DNA from: Parachlamydiales bacterium
Lineage (GTDB): Bacteria; Chlamydiota; Chlamydiia; Chlamydiales; CALOCV01
Reading direction: 5' to 3'
Length of the DNA: 64,000 nt
Assembly: GCA_942491955.1 (NCBI GenBank)
Contig: CALOCV010000027.1
Span: 250 to 64,249 of the forward strand
Positions 29,171 to 39,184 of the stretch are shown here, one piece after another (position 1 is the stretch's first letter; each line of letters begins with the position of its first letter). The notes under the pieces were generated by a model, which had not been told where the DNA came from, ran no database searches, and worked only from the letters and a program-made list of their open reading frames with translations. The position numbers and the translations under genes are program-made.

Positions 29171-30647
29171 ATGAAAACGTCTCATACGATGGTTCAACAT
29201 CCTCGGACAGAACAAAAGCTAGCCCTGACTACCCAGGTACAAAAAGGGCTCCATCTGCTCCAACTCCCCACCCATGAACTCATCTCTTTCATTGAAATGG
29301 AAATCACCAACAATCCCCTTCTCGAATTTTCTGAGGAGATAACCCCTTCTGAAGAAATCGATGAATCCTTCCAGTATGAAGATCAAGAACTCGATTTTTC
29401 TCAAGACGATTTTGCTCTGCTCACCCACCTCGATGAAGAGTACGATGATTTCTTCTTCCAAAAAGAATTGTTTCAAGACCCTTATATTGCAAAACCTCCT
29501 TACGAAGAACAGTTTCCGTCCCATGACACACTATACGAACACCTCAAAAAGCAACTCCTCGAAAAATGGGATGAATATTCTCCCCAATACATCATCGCCG
29601 AACAACTCATCGGCTATATCTCTCCCCAAGGTTTTTTCGATGATTCCATCACGACCATGGCTCAAGAAAACCACTGGAACCCTCATACCGTTGCACAAAT
29701 CATCGCCACCATCCAACAATTGGATCCCCCCGGCATCGGCGCAAGAACCCTGCAAGAATCCCTCCTCATCCAATTGCAGCGGCAAGGAAAAAAAAACCAC
29801 CCTCGCCTATACAATCCTACAACACCACTATGATCTCCTTCTCAAAAATCGCCTTCCCGAAATCGCAAAACACCTCCATATTCCCCTCCATCACATCACG
29901 CACACGATCCAATATGATATTGCCCCCCTCAACCTCCACCCAGGTTATTCCTTTTCCTATCAACCCAACCCACACGAAATACCCGACCTCATCATTGAAG
30001 AGAATGAAGAAGGACTCCTCATCGCAAAACTTCCCGCCGAAGGAACCCCTGCCATTGCCTTCCATAAAGACTACACCTCAGCGCTCCTCTCTTCCCCATG
30101 GAAACGCTATATCAAAAAAAAAATGAGAGAAGCAGAATGGCTCCTCACCATGCTCCATACACGACAAAGACTCTTACTCGAAATCGGTGAAGCTTTTATC
30201 CAAGCCCATAACACCTACTTCTCCGAGCGAACAGGAGAACGCACCCCACTTACCCAACAACAACTTGCAAAAAAACTGCACGTCCATCCATCAACCATCA
30301 CCCGTGCCGTCATCAATAAAATCGTTCTTACTCCTCAAGGTCTCTTCCCCATGCAAGACTTCTTCTCCTCCAAATACATCTCCCCCGAAGGGAATGAAAT
30401 CTCCTCCCACACCATAAAAGAACACCTCACCACCCTCATCCAACAAGAAGACCCCCTCCACCCCCTATCCGATCAAACTCTCTCCCAACAACTCGACTCC
30501 CTAGGATACTCCTGCTCCCGAAGAACCGTCGCCAAATACCGCCACCAACTCGCAATCCCCAATACGCGCCAACGCAAACGCTTTTTGGGGGACCCGTCCC
30601 CCAACCCCCCTGCTGGGGCCCAAGGCCCCAGACCCCGCGGCCGCTAA
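29171..30647 (+). CDS. rpoN: RNA polymerase sigma-54 factor; +1 frameshift at A9 (29788-29796)
   Basis: QKGLHLLQLP..EL...NPLLE, DPPGIGARTLQESL, VHPSTITRA, RpoN box RRTVAKYR; ORFs 29171..29833 and 29361..30647 join at QGKK/TTLAY. Confidence 0.93.
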
Positions 30648-30660
30648 CGCGGCCTTGTAT
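30582..30660 (+). repeat. GC-rich three-hairpin element overlapping the rpoN 3' end
   Basis: GGGGGAC-CC-GTCCCCC, AACCCCCCTG, CTGGGGCC-CAA-GGCCCCAG, ACCCC, GGCCGC-TAAC-GCGGCC, TTGTAT. Confidence 0.75.
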
Positions 30661-30827
30661 ACCCAAACAACTTCAAACCCAAGTTGCGCCCTACATCCTG
30701 GCCACAGCTCGGGCAAACCATTGAGATGGCGGAGACCGTGATGAAGCCAAGGGTTCCCCTTGGCGAATCGCGGAATACGCCAGATCGGTTGTTTGCTTGA
30801 GCCTGTGGTTTCAAGAATGGGTATAGG

Positions 30828-32006
30828 CTAATCGATGTGTAAAACGTGTTTGCACGCATCGACAACGCGGTCGACATCTTCAGGGCGCATATCGTAGAAG
30901 AGAGGGAGGGAGAGGGCTTCGGAGTAGTAGCGTTCCATTTCGGGGAAGTAGGGGGCAAGGTTACTATTATCTCGGAGGAAGACAGGATGGTGGTAGAGGG
31001 GGATATAATGAACCTGTGTCCCAATACCCCGTTCATGGAGGCGTTGCATGACAGTATTTCTTTCGATACCAAAGATGGAGAAATCGATTTGCGCGACGAA
31101 GAGGTGGTATGCGGTGCGTTCTCGTTCTGTGGAGGAGAAGAGGCGGATGGAGGAGATGTTCTTTAGGCGATCTTCGTAGAGAGCAACGAGTTCTCGTCGT
31201 TTCTTGATGAAGCTATCGATTCTTTTGAGTTGGCTTAGGCCAAGAGCCGCTTGAAAGTCGGTGAGGTGGAAATTGTTCGTATAGGAAAGGACTTCGTAGT
31301 AGCCTGGGTAGGGATTTTGTTGGAGTTGAACAGGGTTGTTAGTGATGCCGTTATTGCGAAAGAGACGGAGACGGTCGGCGATATCGGGATCGTTTGTTGT
31401 GACCATACCTCCCTCTCCTGTTGTGATGGTTTTTACGGGATGGAAGCTAAAAATGGTGCATTGGCTCCAGGGGCAGCTGCCCACTTTTTCTCCCGTCGGG
31501 TAGGAGGATCCTATGGCATGGGCGGCGTCTTCAATGATGGCAACGTTAGGGAGGTAAATCGCTTTACTGATGGCTTGTACATCGACGACATTGCCCGCGA
31601 AATGGACGGGGACGACGACCCGTTTTCCTCGAGACATAGGGTTATTGATCGCGCTTTTGACTTGAGTAAGATCCATATTTCCCGTAGCGCCATCGATATC
31701 GACAAAAACAGGCCTGGCTCCCCGTTGGATGGCGGTTCCTAGTGTAGAAACAAAGGTATTTGGGGTTGTCATCACTTCATCGTGGACCCCGACATCAAGA
31801 GCAAAGAAAGCAGCGGCAAGGGCGGTGCTACCGCTTGAGAAGGCAACAGCAAAGGCAGCACCACAATATGTAGCAATGGCTTGTTCAAAAGCTTCTACAG
31901 TATCTCCTCGTGTAATGATCCCTTTTTTTAGTGCTTTTGTCACAGCACGGACATCATCTTGATGGATAGATTGTTTCCCGTAAGGGAGGAATGAAGTGTC
32001 ACTCAT
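30828..32006 (-). CDS. DegT/DnrJ/EryC1/StrS sugar aminotransferase (PseC-like)
   Basis: FLPYGKQSI, SSGSTAL, IEDAAHAIG, FSFHPVKTITTGEGG, GTQVHYIP. Confidence 0.9.
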   Translation of the reverse strand: MSDTSFLPYGKQSIHQDDVRAVTKALKKGIITRGDTVEAFEQAIATYCGAAFAVAFSSGSTALAAAFFALDVGVHDEVMTTPNTFVSTLGTAIQRGARPVFVDIDGATGNMDLTQVKSAINNPMSRGKRVVVPVHFAGNVVDVQAISKAIYLPNVAIIEDAAHAIGSSYPTGEKVGSCPWSQCTIFSFHPVKTITTGEGGMVTTNDPDIADRLRLFRNNGITNNPVQLQQNPYPGYYEVLSYTNNFHLTDFQAALGLSQLKRIDSFIKKRRELVALYEDRLKNISSIRLFSSTERERTAYHLFVAQIDFSIFGIERNTVMQRLHERGIGTQVHYIPLYHHPVFLRDNSNLAPYFPEMERYYSEALSLPLFYDMRPEDVDRVVDACKHVLHID

Positions 32007-32361
32007 CAGTTTCCTTTATGCGTAAAATATCTTTATCGCGAATCTTTCCCCTTTTTTTTAGGGAGGTAAACAGGGGGATTTTTCGCAAATCATCTCCTTC
32101 GGTATTGGGAAGGAGAGGAAGGCATCCGATCACCTCTCTTCCTGACACGATAAGAGTATTGAGGACTCTTTGTTTTGTATTTTTGGAAGAGGGAGGTGAA
32201 AAAAGCCCTTGCTCTGAAGAAAAAGAGAGATCTTCATCAGCAAGGGTATAAGAAGAGCGATAGTGTGTCATTGCCGTGATGCCAAGAAGCACTACAATAA
32301 TGGTGATAACAGCCTTTCGCTCGAATGGTTCCAAGCAAACAACCGTTTCTTTTGCTGTCAT
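31999..32361 (-). CDS. Hypothetical membrane-anchored protein
   Basis: MTAKE..., one TM segment; stop overlaps the aminotransferase start. Confidence 0.55.
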   Translation of the reverse strand: MTAKETVVCLEPFERKAVITIIVVLLGITAMTHYRSSYTLADEDLSFSSEQGLFSPPSSKNTKQRVLNTLIVSGREVIGCLPLLPNTEGDDLRKIPLFTSLKKRGKIRDKDILRIKETDE

Positions 32362-33306
32362 TAGACAGGGATTCTGTCGTTGTCCACTCAATATAGTTTT
32401 GGACCTTCAGCAATTCTCCACTGTATTTATCGCGTTCTTGGATTTCTTTAACGTAGAGGTTTTTCTCTGTTTTCGCATTGATTCCACGGAGAGCGTCATT
32501 TTTCTCTTGAATCTTCTTGGTAAGGTGTTCGATTTCTTTCTGTTTTGCTTCTGCATTGCGGATTTTGACGTGATTGTCAACGAGCAATTTAGCAATCACA
32601 AAGATACCCGTACCAATCGATAGAGCCATAAATCCGGCCGTAACTTGAGGTCCGACGATAATGATACACGCTATCTTTCCTATGTTGGCAGCAATGGAGA
32701 GCATGACTTGGAAAATGTCGCCTGAATGGACGTGTTGTTTTTTGTAGACTTTCTTTGCCAAATCGACAATGCGAATTCCTGAATCAATAGTACCAAGCAG
32801 GCATCCCAAAACGACGCAGGTATTTTTGGCAGTAAGCACAGAGACTTCCGCGACGACACCAAACACTTTGATCGTTGCTGTTGTATTCGAGATCAAACCG
32901 AACCAACTGAGGAATCCAACGGTATCGGCTACAGCACTTCCCGTTAAGAAGACACGGCTCGCTTTTTTGATAAAGCTTCCTTATTGAATTCTTCCCTCTT
33001 CTCCTTAACAGCGAGCATATGCGCAAATTCAAAGATAGGAAGGGGATTGATCACTTTCCGAATGACGGAAAATTTCTTACAGAGTTCGAGCGCTCCCGCA
33101 GAGCTACTGGTCACGTATTTGGCAACGGACTCGATAGTAAGAGTGAAGTTTGCCAAACTTTTTAGACCGGGAATGTGACAAAAATTCAACTCTAGTTGTT
33201 TGATAACATAAATAATTTTGCCACGAATGATTTGCGCAATATGCTCAACTCGAGAACAGCTCTTATTTTCATAAGCCGAAGCTGTTAGATTGCAGAGACT
33301 ATTCAT
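32237..33306 (-). CDS. Multi-TM plus coiled-coil Inc-like protein, split by a probable 1-nt indel near 32972
   Basis: ORF 32944..33306 joins the frame of 32237..32896 if GCTTTATC is read as GCTTTTATC; two long hydrophobic lobes then a coiled coil. 3' end uncertain because it overlaps the next ORF. Confidence 0.55.
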
Positions 33307-33968
33307 ACTCCTCCCAGAGATGGTTTAAGGTTTAATTTCTCCTCTTTCTTCCAAGGCCCCCACATGGTTTTGACAACGCCCAAACCTGCGGCCATGATTC
33401 CCAATCCGACAAGAACTCCTGCTGGAGTGAGAGGAACGATACAACCGATATAAAATACGACAGAAGCAACGGCATGGGCAATATGAACCCATCGAGGTGG
33501 ATGATTAGGATTCTTTCTTGGGGCGTGTTTGGCACCATGAATCGCGTGCTTGATGGCAGAAACTCCGTATCCGCCAGCAGCCAATCCACAGGTGATGGAA
33601 CCTATCGCAAAGGCCGCTTTTCCTAATTGGATCAGAGCAATTTGGTGGGCAAAGAGGACGATACCACCAACACAAGCTGATAGAAACAACCATCTTTTTA
33701 ACGAAAAGGGTTTGCGATTCACGCCACGAGCGCAAGGGAATATCAAGGCCGTATCGAGTGCCGTATCGACATGGGTAAGGATGGTAAATACATTCGCTAA
33801 GGGTGTAGGCAGCAAACGCAAAACAAGAGAGAGCATTTTGAGCGCTTGAATCCCGAGCTTTGTCGTGTAGTAAGACACGTCGATGTTTCCCCGCATGATG
33901 CCAAATGGTTTGGTTACGGTATCAAAAATAATTCTTGGATGATAACTCGTAGAGAACGAAACAGTCAT
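33303..33968 (-). CDS. Multi-TM hypothetical protein, Inc-like
   Basis: 221 aa with paired hydrophobic segments; stop overlaps the downstream ATG. Confidence 0.65.
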   Translation of the reverse strand: MTVSFSTSYHPRIIFDTVTKPFGIMRGNIDVSYYTTKLGIQALKMLSLVLRLLPTPLANVFTILTHVDTALDTALIFPCARGVNRKPFSLKRWLFLSACVGGIVLFAHQIALIQLGKAAFAIGSITCGLAAGGYGVSAIKHAIHGAKHAPRKNPNHPPRWVHIAHAVASVVFYIGCIVPLTPAGVLVGLGIMAAGLGVVKTMWGPWKKEEKLNLKPSLGGV

Positions 33969-34110
33969 TTTGCCTCCGATTGTCTCCGATGCTTTTGTAA
34001 AAATAACTAAAATTTGATGGGCAGGTTCATAAAAAAGAGATCTTTTTTAATGGCCAAGAGAAAGAAAGCTACCATAGCTCCGAATTGCTTGCAAGCAACC
34101 AAAACGAAGG

Positions 34111-35049
34111 CTACAAAAATCTCTCAGCAGCCCTCCCCTGCATGAAAGCATTCGCATCGACCCGTTTTTTTCCTTCCATCTGAAGTTCACACAATTGAAG
34201 AATATAATCAGCGCAACAAATCCCCCACTTTTTGTTTGGAAGGGGGACTAGCGTTCCCACTGGTTGTGTTACTGGAAGACCTGTGATCCGCGACACCCAA
34301 ATTTTGCAGCGCTTTTTTTTCTCTTTTTGTTCCCACCAACACCACGCACCGGGATAGGGATTGACGCCTCGAATGAGGTTGTGGATCTCTTCTGCAGATC
34401 GAGACCAATCGATTTGACAATCTTCTAACTCCACTTTTGGTGCCAGAGTGGCGTATTGAGGGTCTTGAGGTTTTCGTTCTTGTGCCTCCCAATGGGAGAG
34501 TACTGTGTGGAGCAAAGGAGCTCCGATAGCAAACAGTGCGTTTTCCAGATCGGCAAACGTCCACTCTTTTGGAATACCAACGGACGCTTGAGCGATAATA
34601 TCGCCAGCGTCCATTTTAGGTGCCATATGCATGATCGTCACTCCCGATTCCGTTTCTCCTGCCATGAGTGCTCGCTGAATAGGGGCAGCTCCCCGATATT
34701 TGGGTAATAGGCTGGTATGCACGTTGATGCATCCCAGAGCTGGCATGTCGAGAAGGTGTTGCTTGATGATCTCACCGTAAGCGACAACGACAAAAAAGTC
34801 GGCTTCCATGGAGGCAAGAATGGATGCCCATTCAGGAGAAGAGGCTTTCTCTGGTTGCAACAAAGGCACGTCAGGGATAAGAGCTTCCGCTGTGGTTTTC
34901 ACAGCGGGTGGTTGCATCCGTTGCGAGCGCCCCTGAGGACGATCGGGACGGGTCACAATGGCGACGATATTGTGTTTTTGTTCCACTAGGACTGTAAGGA
35001 CGCGAGCCGAAAAAAGGGGTGTCCCAAAATAGACAATTCTTGGTGGCAT
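34111..35049 (-). CDS. fmt: Methionyl-tRNA formyltransferase
   Basis: IVYFGTP, VVAYG, INVHTSLLPKYRGAAPIQRA, MDAGD. Confidence 0.97.
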   Translation of the reverse strand: MPPRIVYFGTPLFSARVLTVLVEQKHNIVAIVTRPDRPQGRSQRMQPPAVKTTAEALIPDVPLLQPEKASSPEWASILASMEADFFVVVAYGEIIKQHLLDMPALGCINVHTSLLPKYRGAAPIQRALMAGETESGVTIMHMAPKMDAGDIIAQASVGIPKEWTFADLENALFAIGAPLLHTVLSHWEAQERKPQDPQYATLAPKVELEDCQIDWSRSAEEIHNLIRGVNPYPGAWCWWEQKEKKKRCKIWVSRITGLPVTQPVGTLVPLPNKKWGICCADYILQLCELQMEGKKRVDANAFMQGRAAERFL

Positions 35050-35054
35050 AGGAG

Positions 35055-35918
35055 CTACAATTTTTTTGCAGAAAGGGTTTCAAGAGGAGAGGTTTCATCA
35101 CTGTTTTCGTTCTTACTCTGTCGTGTCACTCCTTGCATTCCCAATATTCCTCGTTCTGTTGCGGCACAAAAAGCGATGAATTCCTCTACTTCGGGATAGG
35201 GATGCAGTTGTTCTTGCATTGCTGTCAACGCCTCTTCAAGTTTCATCTTCGAACGATAAAGGAGTTTATACGCTTTATTGAGCTCGGTACGCACTTCGAG
35301 CGGGAATTGGTGCCTTGTTAAACCGACGCGATTCAGACCACCAAATTTATAGGGAATCCCCGCACCGATGGTATAGGGAGGGATATCATGCGTGATACGG
35401 CTCATTCCCCCTACCATAGCATAGGCACCAATCCGCACAAATTGGTGAACGGGCGTCATCCCTCCGATGATCGCATGCCTTTGCACAAGGACATGTCCAG
35501 CAAGAGTGGCATTATTACTCATGATCACATGGTCTTCGACCTTACAGTTGTGCGCGATGTGGCAATAGGCCATGATGAGACAATGATCCCCCACCTCAAC
35601 AACGGTATTTTCTTGACAAGAGGCGTTGATCGTGACGCTTTCTCGGATTTCGCAATGTTTCCCAATGTTAACAAAGGTCGTTTCTCCACGAAATTTGCGG
35701 TCTTGGGTCTTGGTTCCGATACTTGCAAACGGATAGATTGTCGTATGTTCCCCTATTGTCGTATTGCCATCGATATAGGCAAAAGACTTAACCGTCACTC
35801 CATCACCTACGACGACTCCTTTTTTGATTACAGCATACGGTTCTATTACCACACCACATCCTATCTCAGCTCCCTCTTCGACAATGGCCGTAGGATGTAT
35901 GAATGTTTCTCTCTCCAT
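35055..35918 (-). CDS. lpxA: UDP-N-acetylglucosamine acyltransferase
   Basis: IHPTA, hexapeptide repeats, HIAHNC, LAGHV, VHQFVRIG. Confidence 0.97.
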   Translation of the reverse strand: MERETFIHPTAIVEEGAEIGCGVVIEPYAVIKKGVVVGDGVTVKSFAYIDGNTTIGEHTTIYPFASIGTKTQDRKFRGETTFVNIGKHCEIRESVTINASCQENTVVEVGDHCLIMAYCHIAHNCKVEDHVIMSNNATLAGHVLVQRHAIIGGMTPVHQFVRIGAYAMVGGMSRITHDIPPYTIGAGIPYKFGGLNRVGLTRHQFPLEVRTELNKAYKLLYRSKMKLEEALTAMQEQLHPYPEVEEFIAFCAATERGILGMQGVTRQSKNENSDETSPLETLSAKKL

Positions 35919-35925
35919 AAAACCC

Positions 35926-36363
35926 CTAAACTTGATCTTTATCGACTAAAGCAAAACCGATGATGGCTTCTGCAACGACCTTCTCTTCGACACGAGCTTC
36001 TGCCTGCACTTTCCCTCCTTTAGAGCTAAAGCGAATCCCCTTGCAATGGAGATGAAGGACATCGCCTGGCCATACCGGACGCCGAAATTTGGCTTGATCG
36101 ACGGTAAGTAAAACGGCAATCTTATCGGTATTGGATCTTTGATGAACGAGAATCCCTCCTGTTTGTGCAAGAGCTTCAATGATAAGCACGCCAGGCATAA
36201 TAGGCGCTCCAGGAAAATGCCCTTGAAAAAAGCCCTCGTTGATGGTGACGTTTTTCTGTGCAACAATGGTCCCCTTCTCAATATCCATCTCTAAGACACG
36301 ATCGATCAAAAGGAAGGGGTACCGATGGGGAATTTTTTTCAAAATTTCTTTAAGTTTAAACAT
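35926..36363 (-). CDS. fabZ: 3-hydroxyacyl-ACP dehydratase
   Basis: IPHRYPFLLID, FFQGHFP..PIMPGVLIIEALAQ. Confidence 0.97.
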   Translation of the reverse strand: MFKLKEILKKIPHRYPFLLIDRVLEMDIEKGTIVAQKNVTINEGFFQGHFPGAPIMPGVLIIEALAQTGGILVHQRSNTDKIAVLLTVDQAKFRRPVWPGDVLHLHCKGIRFSSKGGKVQAEARVEEKVVAEAIIGFALVDKDQV

Positions 36364-37216
36364 AGGCTCCTCGTTGACTCGTCTCGTACAACATTTTTGC
36401 AAAAGCAATGTTGGTTCCATGTCCCGAACGAATGGCAATGATATGCGCTGCAAGATCCATCTGCATCAGAGCAAAATCACCCATTAAATCGAGCACCTTA
36501 TGCCGCGCCATCTCATCGGGAAAACGCAGCCCCCCTTTGCTCAACACGGCATCTCCTTTGATAACAACAGCATTGTCCAAACTCCCCCCTTTAATCAACC
36601 CTTGATCCATCAAAAAACGGACCTCTTCGTACATCGAAAATGTGCGACAAGGAGCAATTTCGTTACGGAAAACATCCTGACTCATATCGCTAGAGAAATA
36701 TTGTGCTAGAAGTGGAGGCGAATGGGGATAGTGCAGCGTATAACTCACCTTCCATCCCGAGTAGGGAAGGGCAACGAGATGGACATCACCATCAGAATAA
36801 TACATCGGCTCTTGCAAAACAAAAGGAGAGACCTCCGCCTTTTGAGAAGCAACGCCTGCCTCTTCAATCATAGCAACGAAGACATCAGCACTCCCATTAC
36901 CCACAGGAGGCTCCTTATTGGAAATTTCGATCAAAAGGTTATCCACTTGATACGCCTTGCAAGCAGATAGGACATGCTCAACAGTATGAATGACCACACC
37001 ATCCTTCCCAATGGTCGTGCTCCTCGATGTATCGACGACATAATCGAGATGGGCAGGGATGATCGGCTTTTCGGGAAGATCAACCCTTTGAAAAAAAATC
37101 CCGGTATTGGCCTTCTGCGGAACAAAACGAAGAGAGACATCAACGCCAGAATGGATGCCAATGCCCGAAAAGGAGACATCCTTGCGCAGAGTATTCTGTG
37201 AACGGCTTAAAATCAT
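36356..37216 (-). CDS. lpxC: UDP-3-O-acyl-GlcNAc deacetylase
   Basis: GIGIHSG, TVEHVLSA, RTF, HKVLDLMGD. Confidence 0.97.
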   Translation of the reverse strand: MILSRSQNTLRKDVSFSGIGIHSGVDVSLRFVPQKANTGIFFQRVDLPEKPIIPAHLDYVVDTSRSTTIGKDGVVIHTVEHVLSACKAYQVDNLLIEISNKEPPVGNGSADVFVAMIEEAGVASQKAEVSPFVLQEPMYYSDGDVHLVALPYSGWKVSYTLHYPHSPPLLAQYFSSDMSQDVFRNEIAPCRTFSMYEEVRFLMDQGLIKGGSLDNAVVIKGDAVLSKGGLRFPDEMARHKVLDLMGDFALMQMDLAAHIIAIRSGHGTNIAFAKMLYETSQRGAYV

Positions 37217-37318
37217 GGTATTATACAGAATGGTAAAGAGAAATCTTCTTTTTTGACAACCCCTTGGTAAAGGGTATACCCAAACAACAAAGCCTAAAAG
37301 ATTTTTTATTGCTATTAA

Positions 37319-37350
37319 TAGGGAGCGCCATCCATTGATGACAAGCCCTA
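37319..37350 (-). repeat. MITE-B-like terminus (mini-palindrome) at the lnt TAG stop
   Basis: Minus strand TAGGGCTTGTCATCAA...CCCTA. Confidence 0.6.
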
Positions 37351-39090
37351 AACTTTTAGATCACGAAAAGAAAACGAGAAAAGGAGCATCATGGCACAAA
37401 AGCCAATAATGAGTCCATCTCCTACACGAGAATAGAGCGTTCTGTAGTGGTAGAGAGGGACATCGACCAAAAGGGCCGCTGAGAGCCATTCCGAAGAATA
37501 GCGATCATCTCCCAGCGTCTTCACCACTCTGCCCAAGCTGTCAACAGCTCCAGTAAGACCGGTGTTGCATGCACGAACGAGCGGAACGCCACTTTCTACT
37601 GTTCGAAGACGAGCATGATCAAAGTGTTGTTGCGGAAGACGGGAGTTCGGATACCAGACATCGCTTGTCAAATTCACGAGTAGTTGTGCCCCCATCATTC
37701 GATTTTCTCGGGTGAGGTCTCCAAACGTCTCTTCATAACAAATGGCGACACCGAACGGGACCTTACCTTGAAATACTTTCGCTTCGGTGCCTGGGCTGAA
37801 AGAGGAAGCAACGCCGTATTGCTCAGCGAGATCTTTACAAAATGCAAAGGGGAGGTATTCTCCCATAGGAATCAAAACGCGCTTCTCATACCTCTCTTGT
37901 TCCTTACTAACAGGACGAAAATAGAAAGCAGCATTGAATACCGATCGTTCCATTGTCGGACTATGGGCGACATCTTCGAGTCCTACAACGACATCAGAAT
38001 GAAAAAGATTCGCCACTGCTTGTACCCAATAGGCATTGGAAACCATGGCCATGGGACCATAAACCGTCTCGACAAAGCCTGCAAGGGGCTCTTCGAATGG
38101 AGGAAGAGCCTTTACCCCATCTTCTCCAAACATCTGTCGGAATGTCGTTTCCACCACTTCATAGGGGAACACCAGAAAATAGGTTCCGTAAGGGACGACA
38201 TATTCGGGAAAGGCAATCAAGTCGATCGACTCTCCCACCTCCGTTTTCAAAATATGCAGAATTTGCTTCCATTCGCCGATAACGAAGTGCAAGACATCTT
38301 GTGTATCGCGGAAGACCATCTCTTCTTCAATAGGAAAGGCAGGTTGAACAAGGAGAGTCCTCAATTTAGCATCTGGATGGTGGATTCCCTGTTGCATCAA
38401 TCGTTCGTGGATATGAAAATGGAACATACCGTAGGCATAAGGAATAGCAGCACAAATTACCCAAATGAAAAGGGATTTTTTCCATCGATAGGCAACAGAA
38501 GCACGAAGAGCTAACAAGTTCACAAGGATCACCCAAAACGTCAGACCATATACGCCCCATAAAGAGGCCATTTGCAGAGAATAGATGCTTCCAGTGAGGG
38601 AAAGCCCTGCCGGGTTCCATGTGAATCCTGAAAGAAAAAAAAGGCGAGCCCACTCCATCAACGTCCACATCGAAGCAACAGCAACGATGCACGAGGGACG
38701 AGAGAGGGTACGACGGTTGACAAAGAGACAAATGATGCCAAATTGGATGCCTGTACCGAGAGCGAGGAAGACAAAAACGACAAAGACAGCCGAATAGGGG
38801 TGAGCGACCATCCAGGAGAGTTGGACCAGCTGGATTCCCGTATACCAGATGATTCCTAGGATGAATCGATGAAAACGTCGCTCCCAACACAATGCTGCCC
38901 GCCAAAATAGCGCATAGCCGAGCATTGCTGTGACGAGCCCTCCCCACCAATTCCATGCCGGCTGCCCAAAGGCAACTAGAAAAAAGGAGAGTGAGAGGAG
39001 AACACAACGATACGAATAGGGCAAGAAAGCCCATTCTATGGCATACTTATTTTCCATTTTTAATTGCGTCGCATTCTCGTGAGTGTTCAT
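37348..39090 (-). CDS. lnt: Apolipoprotein N-acyltransferase (start codon uncertain)
   Basis: Multi-TM N-half; nitrilase-fold motifs FPE, YEK..L.P.GEY, ICYE; first gene of the lnt-lpxC-fabZ-lpxA-fmt run. Confidence 0.93.
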   Translation of the reverse strand: MNTHENATQLKMENKYAIEWAFLPYSYRCVLLSLSFFLVAFGQPAWNWWGGLVTAMLGYALFWRAALCWERRFHRFILGIIWYTGIQLVQLSWMVAHPYSAVFVVFVFLALGTGIQFGIICLFVNRRTLSRPSCIVAVASMWTLMEWARLFFLSGFTWNPAGLSLTGSIYSLQMASLWGVYGLTFWVILVNLLALRASVAYRWKKSLFIWVICAAIPYAYGMFHFHIHERLMQQGIHHPDAKLRTLLVQPAFPIEEEMVFRDTQDVLHFVIGEWKQILHILKTEVGESIDLIAFPEYVVPYGTYFLVFPYEVVETTFRQMFGEDGVKALPPFEEPLAGFVETVYGPMAMVSNAYWVQAVANLFHSDVVVGLEDVAHSPTMERSVFNAAFYFRPVSKEQERYEKRVLIPMGEYLPFAFCKDLAEQYGVASSFSPGTEAKVFQGKVPFGVAICYEETFGDLTRENRMMGAQLLVNLTSDVWYPNSRLPQQHFDHARLRTVESGVPLVRACNTGLTGAVDSLGRVVKTLGDDRYSSEWLSAALLVDVPLYHYRTLYSRVGDGLIIGFCAMMLLFSFSFRDLKV

Positions 39091-39184
39091 GGCTTGTTTT
39101 CTTAATACAAAGAAAAACCTTTAACAGGCAAGAGGAAATATGATACGACAGAAGTGTAATGGATCGTAAAGGAAAAGTACAGGA

